Positions 47,339 to 57,098 of a stretch of 64,000 nt of DNA are shown here, in pieces (positions within the stretch are counted from its first letter, which is position 1; the number at the start of each line of letters is the position of its first letter). Source of the DNA: an uncultured bacterium (GTDB taxonomy: Bacteria > Pseudomonadota > Gammaproteobacteria > Xanthomonadales > Rhodanobacteraceae); contig CBJLOV010000001.1 in assembly GCA_966424745.1 (NCBI GenBank), positions 9,571 to 73,570 on the forward strand. Direction: 5' to 3'. Below the pieces are notes generated by a model, which had not been told where the DNA came from, searched no databases, and saw only the letters and a list, made by a program, of their open reading frames with translations. The position numbers were made by a program, and so were the translations under genes.

Positions 47339-48715
47339 TCAGCCCAGGGTCCGCTGCTGCCAGCACGATATGCGCGCCCTCACCCCACCCTCCTGCGCGT
47401 CATCCAGCGTGAAGCCGAAACCGTGCAGCCGCACGACGGCGTCGACCAAACTCAGACCCAGCCCGCTGCCCGGCACGTTGCGCGCGTCGTCGGCGCGGTA
47501 GAACCGCTGCAATACGGACTTGCGCTGGTCCGGGGCGATGCCCGGCCCCGAATCGGAAACCGAAATCTCCGGCCGCCCCGCCTCCGCTTCGTTGAGTACG
47601 ACCCGGATCACGCCTCGCGGCGGAGTGAATTTGATCGCGTTGTCGAGCAAATTGCCGATCGCCTCGAACAGCAATTCGCCGTCGCAGTCGACGGTCGCAC
47701 CGGCCCCGACTTCGAGCGTGAGCCGTATGCCGCCCTGGTTGGCGAGCGGCTCGTAGAGTCCGGCGAGCTTGTGCAGGATCGGTGCGAGCGGCGTCGCCGA
47801 GAACCCCGCGCGGCGGCGTTTGCTTTCGATCTCGGAAATGCGCGACAGGGCGCGGAAACGCGCCAGGAGCAGATCGGTCTGAATCAGCGCGTGGCTGAGC
47901 GCAGCATGGTGCGGCGACGCCTCGTCGAGCGACTGCTGGGTGCGGTAGATCGAAGCGCGCAGACGGGTCAGCGGCGTGCGCAGGTCGTGGGCGATGTTGT
48001 CGCTCGCGGTCTTCACCTCGCCCATGAGCCGTTCGGTCTCGTCGAGCATGGTGTTGACGATCTGGGCCAACACGTCGAGCTCGCGGTTGCGCCGGCCAAG
48101 GGGCAGGCGCTGGCTGTAGTCGCCTTCGGCGATGCGGCGCGCAGCGCGGTCGATCTCCCGGATGTGGCGCACGGCCGGCAGGCTGTAGAAAACCCCGCCG
48201 ATCAGGCCGAGCAGCAGGATCACCGCGGCGATCAGGAAGCAGCCGCGCAACAGCGACTGGCGGATCTGTTCGAGCAGGGCGACGTCGCGGGCGACGACGA
48301 GGATCTTGCCGTCGCCGATCGCCTGCCCCAGCGCACGCACTTCGACCGCGCGCGGAAACAGATCCGCGTCGTCGTCGGCCGGCAGGGCCTGCGGCTTGCC
48401 GTTCAACGCCAGCCCGCGCGGTATGCGCGCGAGATTGCCGCCGAGCGCCCGGCCGTCCGCGGCGAACACGCCGAAGAACCCGATGTGGCGCACGTCGCGC
48501 GCGATCTCGTAGGCGATGTCCTTGTCGAGCTCGTCGGCCGTCGCGGTCGAGAACACGTGCGCCTGGTTGCGCAGAATCTGGTCGACCTGCTGGTTCTGAT
48601 AACGCGCCGTCTGCCAGTAGATCAGCGCGAACAGGCAGACGACGGCGAGCGCGAACAGGCCGCCGTAGAGCACGGTGAGGCGAAAGCTGGTGATGCGCCA
48701 GAGCTCAGCGAGCAT
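47339..48715 (-). CDS. two-component sensor histidine kinase
   Basis: Two TM helices, a HAMP domain, the H-box SDNIAHDLRTPLTRL, an N box (LLDNAIKFTP) and a G box (DSGPGI...GSGLGLS). Confidence 0.9.
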   Translation of the reverse strand: MLAELWRITSFRLTVLYGGLFALAVVCLFALIYWQTARYQNQQVDQILRNQAHVFSTATADELDKDIAYEIARDVRHIGFFGVFAADGRALGGNLARIPRGLALNGKPQALPADDDADLFPRAVEVRALGQAIGDGKILVVARDVALLEQIRQSLLRGCFLIAAVILLLGLIGGVFYSLPAVRHIREIDRAARRIAEGDYSQRLPLGRRNRELDVLAQIVNTMLDETERLMGEVKTASDNIAHDLRTPLTRLRASIYRTQQSLDEASPHHAALSHALIQTDLLLARFRALSRISEIESKRRRAGFSATPLAPILHKLAGLYEPLANQGGIRLTLEVGAGATVDCDGELLFEAIGNLLDNAIKFTPPRGVIRVVLNEAEAGRPEISVSDSGPGIAPDQRKSVLQRFYRADDARNVPGSGLGLSLVDAVVRLHGFGFTLDDAQEGGVRARISCWQQRTLG

Positions 48716-48754
48716 CGGCCGGGTCAGGGTCCGCCAGGCACGGCGCGCGCATCG

Positions 48755-49456
48755 TCACGCGGGCCCGAACATATAGCCGGAGCCGCGCATGGTCCGGATC
48801 AAAGGCGGGCACCCGGCCTGCTCGAGTTTCTTGCGCAGGCCCGCGATGTGCACCTCGATCAGGTTCGTGCCCGGATCGAAGTGATAGCCCCACACGGCCT
48901 CGAAGATCATCGTGCGCGTCAGGGTTTGGCCCGAGTTGCGCATGAGGAATTCGAGCAGCTGGTATTCGGTCGGCTTGAGGTCGAGGTCGCGCTCGCCGTA
49001 GAACGCATTGTGCACAACACGGTCGAGCAGCAGCCCGTGCGCGCGCAGCTGCGTCGCTTCCGACGACTGGACCTGGCGGCGCAGCAGCACTTCGACGCGT
49101 GCGGCCATTTCGTCGGAGGCAAACGGCTTGGTCAGATAGTCGTCGCCGCCCGCGCGCAGGCCGCGCACGCGCTCGTCGACGTCGGACAGCGCGCTGATCA
49201 TGAGCACCGGCGTGTGGATGCGCTGCGCGCGCAGTGCGCCGACGACGTTGAGCCCGTCGATGTCCGGCAGCATGCGGTCGAGCGTGATCGCGTCGTAGGC
49301 ACCGCTCAGCGCGAGTTCCAGGCCCGCGCTGCCGGTGTCGGCGCGGTCGACCTGGAAGGAGTGCGCGGTCAGTTCGGCCACGATTTCGTCTGCCGTGCTG
49401 TCGTCGTCCTCGATGACGAGGATGCGACCGGGGCTGGCGGTGGTCGTCGCGCTCAT
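48755..49456 (-). CDS. OmpR-family response regulator
   Basis: Receiver domain (RILVIEDDD...ITLDRMLPDIDG...TKPF) plus a winged-helix output domain (LTRTMIFEAVWGY...IEVHIAGLRKKL). Start at ATG 49454-49456. Confidence 0.9.
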   Translation of the reverse strand: MSATTTASPGRILVIEDDDSTADEIVAELTAHSFQVDRADTGSAGLELALSGAYDAITLDRMLPDIDGLNVVGALRAQRIHTPVLMISALSDVDERVRGLRAGGDDYLTKPFASDEMAARVEVLLRRQVQSSEATQLRAHGLLLDRVVHNAFYGERDLDLKPTEYQLLEFLMRNSGQTLTRTMIFEAVWGYHFDPGTNLIEVHIAGLRKKLEQAGCPPLIRTMRGSGYMFGPA

Positions 49457-49621
49457 GGAATGCCGTGCCGATTTTCTAAGCATGCTGATTGCGGAGACTT
49501 TAGTAAGCCACGAATCCTTGCCCGAGGCAGCAATATTAAAATCCTTTAACTAGCTAGGCGCGCAACAATTCATAGCATCGCCGGTCACCATGCGTCGAAT
49601 CCGCCCGGCCCTTACCACGCC

Positions 49622-52600
49622 ATGAACCGGCTAGTCCAAATTGCGCTCGGTCGCCCCTACACGTTCGTCGTGCTGGGCATCCTGATCCTGATCATCGGCC
49701 CGCTCGCCGTCCTGCGCACGCCGATCGACATCTTCCCGAGCATCAACCTGCCGGTGATCAGCGTCGTATGGACCTACAACGGCCTCGCCCCGGACGACGT
49801 CTCCGACCGCATCGTCACCTATTTCGAGCGGCAGATGACGACGACGGTGAACGACATCGAGCACATCGAATCGCAATCACTGCCCGGTGTCGGCGTGGTC
49901 AAGGTGTTCTTCCAGCCCGACGTCAACGTCAACGCGGCGATGGCCCAGGTCACCGCGATCGCCCAGGTCGTGCTCAAGCGCCTGCCGCCCGGCATCACCC
50001 CGCCGCAGATCCTCAGCTACAGCGCCTCGAGCGTGCCGGTCCTGCAGTTGGCGCTGACGAGCAAGACGCTGACCGATCAGCAGCTGTTCGACATTTCCAA
50101 CAACTTCATCCGCCCGCAGCTCGCCCAGGTCGAGGGTGCTGCGATCCCCTCGCCCTACGGCGGCAAGAACCGACAGGTCGTCGTCGACCTCGACCCGAAC
50201 ACGCTGCGCTCGAAGGGCCTGTCGCCGTCCGACGTGACCACGGCGATCCTCGCGCAGAACCTGATCCTGCCCTCCGGCACGCAGAAGATCGGCACGTTCG
50301 AATACAACGTCACTCTCAACAGCAGCCCGAAGGAACTCGACGAGCTCAACAACCTGCCGATCAAGGCGGTTGGCGGCACCGTGATCAAGCTCAGCGACGT
50401 CGCCCACGTGCGCGACGGCTATTCGCCGCAGCAGAACCTCGTGCTGGTCAATGGCCAGCGCTCGGTGCTGACGACGATCCAGAAGAACGGCAAGGCGTCC
50501 ACGCTCGATATCGTCGCCCACGTGAAATCGCTGTTGCCGACAATCCAGGCCGGCGCGCCCAAGGGGCTCGACGTCGGCACCCTGCTCGACCAGTCCGTCT
50601 TCGTCAACGCCGCGGTGTCCGGCGTGATCCGCGAAGGCGTGATGGCCGCGGCGCTCGCCAGCCTGATGATCCTGCTCTTCCTCGGCAGCTGGCGTTCCTC
50701 GCTGATCATCGCCGTGTCGATTCCGCTGTCGATCCTGTGCTCGATCGCCGCGCTGTCCGCGATCGGCGAGACGATCAACGTGATGACCTTGGGCGGCCTC
50801 GCCCTCGCCGTCGGCATCCTCGTCGACAACGCCACGGTCACGATCGAAAGCATCAACTGGCACCTCGAACAGGGCAAGGAAGTGCCGATCGCGATCGTCG
50901 CCGGCGCGGATCAGATCGCGATACCTACGCTCGTCTCCACGCTGGCGATCTGCATCGTCTTCGTGCCGATGTTCTTCCTCTCCGGCGTCGCGCGCTATCT
51001 GTTCGTGCCGATGGCCGAGGCGGTCGTGTTCGCCATGATCGCCTCGTACATCCTGTCGTTCACGCTCGCGCTGACCCTGTCCAAATATCTGCTCAGGCCG
51101 CACGTCGATCCGCATCCGCCGACCGCCCACCCGCTCGAGGACGCGATGCGCGAAGACGCGACCGAGCACATGGCCGGGGGCTACGGCAACGTGCTGTCGC
51201 GCTTCCAGCGCCGCTTCGAGCGCGGCTTCGAAAGCGTGCGCGAGCATTACCGCGCCCTGCTCGAACTCGCGCTCGCGCGTCCGCGCGCGTTTTCGTTCGG
51301 CTTCCTCGGCGCCGTGTTCGCCTCGCTGCTGCTGATTCCATGGCTCGGCGAAAACTTTTTCCCCGCGGTCGATGCCGGCCAGATCAAGCTGCACATGCGT
51401 GCCCAGACCGGCACGCGCATCGAGGAGACGGCGCGCCTGGCAAGCGAGGTGGAGAAGACGATCCGCCGCGTGATTCCCGCGGACGAGCTCAAGAGCGTGG
51501 TCGACAACATCGGTCTGCCGGTCAGCGGCATCAACATCACCTATTCGAACTCGGCGCCGATCGGGCCGGCCGACGCGGACATCCTGATTTCGCTCGCCGA
51601 AGACCATCGTCCGAGCGACGAGTACATCGCCGAGCTGCGCGACACGCTGCCGCGCGAATTCCCGGGCGCGACGTTCTCGTTCCTGCCCGCGGACATCGTC
51701 AGCCAGATCCTCAACTTCGGCCTGCCGGCGCCGGTCGACGTGCAGGTCATCGGCTTCAAGCGCGAGGAAAACCGCGCCTACGCCGAAGAACTGTTGCACC
51801 GGTTCAAGCACATTCCCGGCATCGTCGACCTGCACCTGCAGCAGGCGTTCGACCAGCCCGAGCTGCGCGTCGACGTCGACCGCGTGCGCGCGCAGGAGAT
51901 GGGATTCAGCCAGCGCGACGTGGCCAACGATCTGCTCGTCTCCCTGTCCGGCAGCGGACAGGTCGCGCCGACGTTCTGGGTCAATCCGAAAAACCACGTG
52001 TCCTATCCGATCGTGGTGCAGACGCCGCAGTACAAGCTCGACAACCTGAGCAACCTGGAAAACATCCCGATCACCGGGCCGGGCAGCAAGCAGCGGCAGA
52101 TCCTCGCCGGCGTCGCCCGCGTCGCCCGCGGCCAGGGCAACGGCGTCGTCTCGCACTACGACGTGCAGCCCGCGCTCGACATCTTCGGCGCGGTGCAGGG
52201 ACGCGATCTCGGCGCGGTCGCGCGCGAAATCCAGGCGATCCTGCGCGACACGGCGAAAGACGTGCCGCCCGGCTCGACGGTCGCACTGCGCGGGCAGGTG
52301 CAGACGATGGAGGAATCCTATTCGAGCCTTCTGTTCGGCCTCGCCGGCGCGATCGTGCTGATCTATCTGCTGATCGTGGTGAATTTCCAGTCCTGGCTCG
52401 ACCCGTTCATCATCATCACCGCCCTGCCCGCAGCGATCGCCGGCATCGTCTGGATGCTGTTCCTGACCGGCACCACGCTGTCGGTGCCCGCGCTGACCGG
52501 TGCGATCATGTGCATGGGCGTGGCCACCGCCAACAGCGTGCTCGTGGTCAGCTTCGCGCGCGAACGCCTGGCGCAGGGCGCCGACGCGGTCACCGCCGCG

Positions 52601-52864
52601 CTCGATGCCGGCTTCATCCGTTTCCGCCCGGTGCTGATGACTGCGCTGGCGATGCTGATCGGCATGCTGCCGATGGCGCTGTCGATGGGCGAAGGCGGCG
52701 AGCAGAATGCGCCGCTCGGCCGCGCCGTGATCGGCGGCCTGATCTTCGCCACCTGCGCGACCTTGTTCTTCGTGCCCGCCGTGTTCGCGATCCTGCACGT
52801 AGGCGACCGCCGGGGCGAAACGTCCGACGTCACGTCGGGCGGCCCCCGCCTCCTCGAGGCCTGA
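49622..52864 (+). CDS. RND efflux permease, atypical proton-relay residues
   Basis: 1080 aa with 12-TM RND architecture. TM4 reads GILVDNATVTIES (D-N rather than D-D). The TM10 equivalent reads GVATANSVLVVSF, with no Lys at the AcrB K940-equivalent position. Confidence 0.85.
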   Translation: MNRLVQIALGRPYTFVVLGILILIIGPLAVLRTPIDIFPSINLPVISVVWTYNGLAPDDVSDRIVTYFERQMTTTVNDIEHIESQSLPGVGVVKVFFQPDVNVNAAMAQVTAIAQVVLKRLPPGITPPQILSYSASSVPVLQLALTSKTLTDQQLFDISNNFIRPQLAQVEGAAIPSPYGGKNRQVVVDLDPNTLRSKGLSPSDVTTAILAQNLILPSGTQKIGTFEYNVTLNSSPKELDELNNLPIKAVGGTVIKLSDVAHVRDGYSPQQNLVLVNGQRSVLTTIQKNGKASTLDIVAHVKSLLPTIQAGAPKGLDVGTLLDQSVFVNAAVSGVIREGVMAAALASLMILLFLGSWRSSLIIAVSIPLSILCSIAALSAIGETINVMTLGGLALAVGILVDNATVTIESINWHLEQGKEVPIAIVAGADQIAIPTLVSTLAICIVFVPMFFLSGVARYLFVPMAEAVVFAMIASYILSFTLALTLSKYLLRPHVDPHPPTAHPLEDAMREDATEHMAGGYGNVLSRFQRRFERGFESVREHYRALLELALARPRAFSFGFLGAVFASLLLIPWLGENFFPAVDAGQIKLHMRAQTGTRIEETARLASEVEKTIRRVIPADELKSVVDNIGLPVSGINITYSNSAPIGPADADILISLAEDHRPSDEYIAELRDTLPREFPGATFSFLPADIVSQILNFGLPAPVDVQVIGFKREENRAYAEELLHRFKHIPGIVDLHLQQAFDQPELRVDVDRVRAQEMGFSQRDVANDLLVSLSGSGQVAPTFWVNPKNHVSYPIVVQTPQYKLDNLSNLENIPITGPGSKQRQILAGVARVARGQGNGVVSHYDVQPALDIFGAVQGRDLGAVAREIQAILRDTAKDVPPGSTVALRGQVQTMEESYSSLLFGLAGAIVLIYLLIVVNFQSWLDPFIIITALPAAIAGIVWMLFLTGTTLSVPALTGAIMCMGVATANSVLVVSFARERLAQGADAVTAALDAGFIRFRPVLMTALAMLIGMLPMALSMGEGGEQNAPLGRAVIGGLIFATCATLFFVPAVFAILHVGDRRGETSDVTSGGPRLLEA

Positions 52865-52908
52865 TTTGCAGGGGCGCGCCCAGCCGCGCCGCCCACCAGA
52901 GAAGAGAT

Positions 52909-54132
52909 ATGTCCGTGACCGATTCCAAGCCCCGATCCTCGCCGCGCCGCCTGCGTCCACTCGGCATCGTCGCCCTCGTCGCCGCACTGGCGCTCGCCCT
53001 CGCCGGCATCGCCGCGCGCACGCACCGCGACCGCATGCTCAAGCAGAAGATCGAAACCGATGCCGTACCGACCGTGGCCGTGATCGCACCGGCGCAGGAC
53101 GAGGCGAAGCAGGAACTCGTACTGCCGAGCAACGTGCAGGCCTGGTACGACGCGCCGATCTACGCGCGCGTATCCGGTTATCTGAAGAAGTGGTACGTCG
53201 ACATCGGCGCCAAGGTGAAGGCCGGCGAAGTGCTCGCCGACATCGAAACGCCCGAACTCGACCAACAGCTGCAGCAGGCGCGCGCGGATCTCGCCACGGC
53301 CGCGGCGAAGGAAAAGCTCGCCGAAACGACGAACCAACGCTGGCAGAAAATGCTCGCCGCGACTTCGGTATCCAAGCAGGAGGCCGACGAGAAGAACAGC
53401 GATTTCGAGGCGCGCAGGGCCGAAGTCGCCGCGCAGCGCGCGAACGTCGATCGCCTGCAGGCGATGACCTCGTTCAAGCGCGTCGTCGCGCCGTTCGACG
53501 GTACCGTCACCGCGCGCAAGACCGACCTCGGCGCGCTGATCAATGCCGGCAGCGGCAGCGGGCCGGAACTGTTCCGCGTGGCCGACACGCACAAGCTGCG
53601 CGTCTACGTCGACGTGCCGCAGGCCTATGCCGAACGGATCGCGCCCGGCCTGCAGGCGAAGCTGCAGCTGCCCGAGCGGCCCGGACGCAGCTATCCCGCC
53701 GCTGTCGTCAGCACGGCGAATGCGATCAGCGAATCCTCGCGCACCCTGCTCGTCCAGCTCGAAGCCGACAACCAGGACGGCAAGCTGATCGCCGGTTCCT
53801 ATGCGGACGTGCATTTCGACCTGCCCGCCGCGGCCGGCGCGCTGCAGATACCGGTGACCGCGTTGATCTTCCGCCAGAACGGCCTGCGCGTGGCCACCGT
53901 CGGCAAGGACGACAAGGTGGCGATGAAGAGCGTCGAAATCGGCCGCGACTACGGCACCAAGGTCGAAATCGTCGCCGGGCTCGAGGCGAACGACCGCGTG
54001 ATCGACAGCCCGCAGGACTGGCTCGCCCAGGGCGACAAGGTCCTGCCCGCGCAGAGCGGGAAAGCCGGCGTCGCCGTCGCGGCGTCGGCCGCGGCAGCCA
54101 CGCCGCGCACCGGCGAAGGCGGCAAAGAATGA
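52909..54132 (+). CDS. RND efflux periplasmic adaptor (membrane fusion protein)
   Basis: It is the 3' part of ORF 49768..54132, from ATG 52909. It has an N-terminal TM and the blocks YARVSGYLKKWYVDIGAKVKAGEVLADIETPELD, a coiled coil, and VAPFDGTVTARK. Confidence 0.85.
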   Translation: MSVTDSKPRSSPRRLRPLGIVALVAALALALAGIAARTHRDRMLKQKIETDAVPTVAVIAPAQDEAKQELVLPSNVQAWYDAPIYARVSGYLKKWYVDIGAKVKAGEVLADIETPELDQQLQQARADLATAAAKEKLAETTNQRWQKMLAATSVSKQEADEKNSDFEARRAEVAAQRANVDRLQAMTSFKRVVAPFDGTVTARKTDLGALINAGSGSGPELFRVADTHKLRVYVDVPQAYAERIAPGLQAKLQLPERPGRSYPAAVVSTANAISESSRTLLVQLEADNQDGKLIAGSYADVHFDLPAAAGALQIPVTALIFRQNGLRVATVGKDDKVAMKSVEIGRDYGTKVEIVAGLEANDRVIDSPQDWLAQGDKVLPAQSGKAGVAVAASAAAATPRTGEGGKE

Positions 54133-55610
54133 ATCGCGCGGCGCCCGCCTTGCGCATGTTGACGGCCGCGATCGCAGTCCTCACCTTCGCCGGCTGCTCC
54201 TTCGCGCCCCCGTACCGGAAGCCCACCGCCGACGTCGCCGATACCTACAAGGAACTTGGGCCGTGGCGCGATGCCGCGCCGTCCGACCAGCTCGAACGCG
54301 GCGACTGGTGGCGCGATTACCGCAACGCGACGCTAGACGATCTCGAAGCCAAGGTCGATGCGGCGAATCCCGATCTCGCCGCGGCGGTCGACCGCTACGA
54401 CCAGGCGCGCGCCTATCTTGCGCAGGCGCAGAGCAATGCGTTTCCGGAGATCGACGCGGGCGGGCTCGTCACGCGCAACCGCCAGTCCGACCATCGTCCG
54501 CTACGCTCCGCCTCGCAGCCGGCCGAGTACGGCGACCATCTGGTCGGCGTCTCGATGGGCTACGAGCTCGACCTGTGGGGACGGGTACGCAACTCGATCG
54601 CCGCCGGCAAGGCGACCGCGCAGGCCGCGGCCGCCGATCTCGCTTCGGTGCGCCTTTCCCTGCACGCGGAGCTCGCCGACGACTACATCGTGCTGCGCGG
54701 TCTCGATGCGCAGGAAAAACTGCTCGTCGACACGGTGAACGCCTACGAACAGGCGCTGAAACTGACGCAGAACCGTTTCGAAGGCGGCGCCGCCTCCGGC
54801 CTCGACGTGGCCCGCGCGCAGAATCAACTCGACACGGCGCGCGCGCAGACCACCGACGTGCGCGCGCAGCGCGCCTTGTACGAACACGCCATCGCCAGCC
54901 TCGCCGGTGTGTCCGCGTCGAAGTTTTCACTGCCGCCCGAGGCTGCCGAGCTGGCGCTGCCGTCGATTCCCGTCGCCTTGCCCTCGACCCTGCTCGAGCG
55001 GCGGCCCGACGTCGCCGCCGCGGAACGCCGCGCCGCGGCGGCGAATTCGATGATCGGCGTCGCCCGCGCCGCATTCTTCCCGAGCATCAGCCTGACCGCG
55101 ACCGGCGGCTACGAAAACACCGGCAGCGCGGGATGGCTCACCGCGCCGAACGGTTTCTGGTCGATCGGCCCACGCTTTTCCTTCGCCCTGTTCGACGCGG
55201 GCAGGCGGCGCGCCGTCGACGAGCAGGCGCAAGCGGTGTTCAACGAAGCCGCGGATCGTTATCGCGGCACCGCGCTGGCCGCCTTCCGTCAGGTCGAGGA
55301 CAACCTGGCACTGCTCCATCTCCTCGACGAGGAAGCGAAGCAGGAAGGTGCGGCGGTCGCCTCGGCGCAGAATACGCTGCACCTCGCCATGGATCGCTAC
55401 GAGAACGGCGCGGTCAACTATCTCGACGTCGTCGCCTCGCAGACCGCGGCGCTGCAGGCACAGCGCACCCTGCTCGTGCTGCGCGACCGCCGGCTGCGCG
55501 CCAGCGTCGGGTTGATCCGCGCGCTCGGCGGAGGCTGGTCGACGCAGGCATTGCCGGACCATCCCGACGCGAAATTGGCGGCGACTCGTGCGTCCGCCAA
55601 AAACGAGTAA
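54129..55610 (+). CDS. RND efflux outer-membrane factor lipoprotein (NodT family)
   Basis: It is the 3' part of ORF 52866..55610. Its ATG overlaps the MFP stop (ATGA). It has the lipobox LTFAGCS, the motif GDWWRDYRN, and ALGGGW near the C-terminus. Confidence 0.9.
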   Translation: MNRAAPALRMLTAAIAVLTFAGCSFAPPYRKPTADVADTYKELGPWRDAAPSDQLERGDWWRDYRNATLDDLEAKVDAANPDLAAAVDRYDQARAYLAQAQSNAFPEIDAGGLVTRNRQSDHRPLRSASQPAEYGDHLVGVSMGYELDLWGRVRNSIAAGKATAQAAAADLASVRLSLHAELADDYIVLRGLDAQEKLLVDTVNAYEQALKLTQNRFEGGAASGLDVARAQNQLDTARAQTTDVRAQRALYEHAIASLAGVSASKFSLPPEAAELALPSIPVALPSTLLERRPDVAAAERRAAAANSMIGVARAAFFPSISLTATGGYENTGSAGWLTAPNGFWSIGPRFSFALFDAGRRRAVDEQAQAVFNEAADRYRGTALAAFRQVEDNLALLHLLDEEAKQEGAAVASAQNTLHLAMDRYENGAVNYLDVVASQTAALQAQRTLLVLRDRRLRASVGLIRALGGGWSTQALPDHPDAKLAATRASAKNE

Positions 55611-55625
55611 AAAAAGACGGAACCG

Positions 55626-55679
55626 CGAAGGACACGAAGCAAAGCAAACGATTTGATTTTTCTTGCTTCGAGTTCTTCG
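55626..55679. repeat. CACGAAG-family hairpin between convergent genes (terminator-like)
   Basis: CGAAGGACACGAAGCAA (55626-55642) pairs with TTGCTTCGAGTTCTTCG (55663-55679) at 15 of 17 positions, with a 20-nt loop. It lies 16 nt after the OMF stop and 40 nt before the porin stop. Confidence 0.55.
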
Positions 55680-55718
55680 GGTTTCAGGCTTCGATCTCGA
55701 TTCGGCGAGGCGCAGAAA

Positions 55719-57098
55719 TCAGAACCGGAAACGCATGCCCACCATCGTGTTGACATTGGAATCGTGCAGGTAGCCGGCCGCCTGTCCACCGTCGACTTTG
55801 GAATACATCAGGCCGCCGTACACGTCGAAGAATTTGCCGAGGCGGTAATCGGCCATCGCGGAATAGGCGTTGTACGTGCCGCTGCACGTCGCCGCGCTCG
55901 CGTCGGAGCAGTGCTTCACGCCGTAGCTGTTCTGATCGTAGTGATAGAAGGCGCCGGTGATGTCGAAGTCGGGCGTGATCAGGTATTTCACCCCGCCCCA
56001 CGAAGCCTGAAGCACCTTGGCCTTCGGGAAAGCCGTGTTGTTGGTGAAGCTGACGAGATAGCCGCCGAGACCGGAAAACCCCGCCTCGAGCGGATTCGAG
56101 GGATTTTCGTATTTGATGTGCTCATAGCCCAGGCACAGCTTCCACGGCCCGGCCTTGTAGCTTCCGGTCAAGGTATATGAGGTATTGTCCGAAATCGTCG
56201 CGGCGAGCGAATCGTGGGGTGCCGCAGCCGCCTGCGCCGCGCTCAACGACGATGCGGCGATCGCGTCGTCCTTGTGACCGTAGATGCCGTCGATCGAGAA
56301 CCCGGCGTAGTCGAAACCGATGTTGCCCTGCCATGCCTTGCCGGGACTGCTGTCCGTCTTTCCGGGTTGATACAGCACGCCGGCGCGCCAGAAGTCCCGG
56401 GCATAAAAGTATTTGAGCGAACCGTCCAGGCGCGCGTCCTGCGTCGACCCCATGCCGGCCACCACGCCCGACAGCCCGATCACGGAGAACGCGTACGATC
56501 CGCCCATCGGATCGTACTTGAGGATGTTGTCGAGCAGCAGCGTGTTATTGCGGCCGACGGTCACGGTTCCCCAGGTCGGCGAACTCAGGCCCGCCACCGC
56601 CTGGCCGTTGAACAGCTGGCCGGCCCGCGAGCTGTCGCCGGCCGAGGTCTGACTGGCCAACGGTTTGCCGTTGTTGTGGGTGAGCGATTTGAGCGCGTCG
56701 GCGAGATGCCCGGACTGCGGATCGAAGCCCGTTTCCACGTCGAATACGAACGCGAGATCGTCGTTGACGGCTTCCTTGCCGCGCAATCCGAGCTTGGACT
56801 GGCTCAGCCCGTTCGGCGCGATCGAGGTAATCGGCTTGTTGCTCTTCCTGTCGATGAGGTACTGCACGCCGACGAACCAATCCTGGCTCAGCGGCGCGCC
56901 GTGCGATTGATGGGCGACGCCGATATCGAAAGCTCCGTACAGCGTGATCCCGTTCCAGGTCGTCCCGCCGTCCGCCGCCGCCGCGAACGGCACGCCCGCG
57001 AGCAAGACGCAGGTTCCGGCCAACAAGCGGCAGCGACCGATGCGAGCCGGGATCGGGCGAGAAGCAGCGCGGGCGGTACTTTCGAAGCGCAGGCGCAT
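55719..57098 (-). CDS. Gram-negative trimeric-type porin (paralog of 45688..47109)
   Basis: ATG 57096-57098 with GGAG upstream. Long signal region ...LLAGVPFAAAADG, N-terminal ITLYGAFDIGVAHQSHG, and C-terminal MVGMRFRF. It can be aligned by eye along its whole length with the other porin. Confidence 0.85.
   Translation of the reverse strand: MRLRFESTARAASRPIPARIGRCRLLAGTCVLLAGVPFAAAADGGTTWNGITLYGAFDIGVAHQSHGAPLSQDWFVGVQYLIDRKSNKPITSIAPNGLSQSKLGLRGKEAVNDDLAFVFDVETGFDPQSGHLADALKSLTHNNGKPLASQTSAGDSSRAGQLFNGQAVAGLSSPTWGTVTVGRNNTLLLDNILKYDPMGGSYAFSVIGLSGVVAGMGSTQDARLDGSLKYFYARDFWRAGVLYQPGKTDSSPGKAWQGNIGFDYAGFSIDGIYGHKDDAIAASSLSAAQAAAAPHDSLAATISDNTSYTLTGSYKAGPWKLCLGYEHIKYENPSNPLEAGFSGLGGYLVSFTNNTAFPKAKVLQASWGGVKYLITPDFDITGAFYHYDQNSYGVKHCSDASAATCSGTYNAYSAMADYRLGKFFDVYGGLMYSKVDGGQAAGYLHDSNVNTMVGMRFRF

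Noticed and set aside
49768-52908. 5' two-thirds of the 1454-aa ORF 49768..54132, and the antisense ORF 49877..52987
   Set aside because: Only the 3' part from ATG 52909 looks like a membrane fusion protein. The upstream part overlaps the genuine RND gene in another frame and is Arg/Pro-rich.
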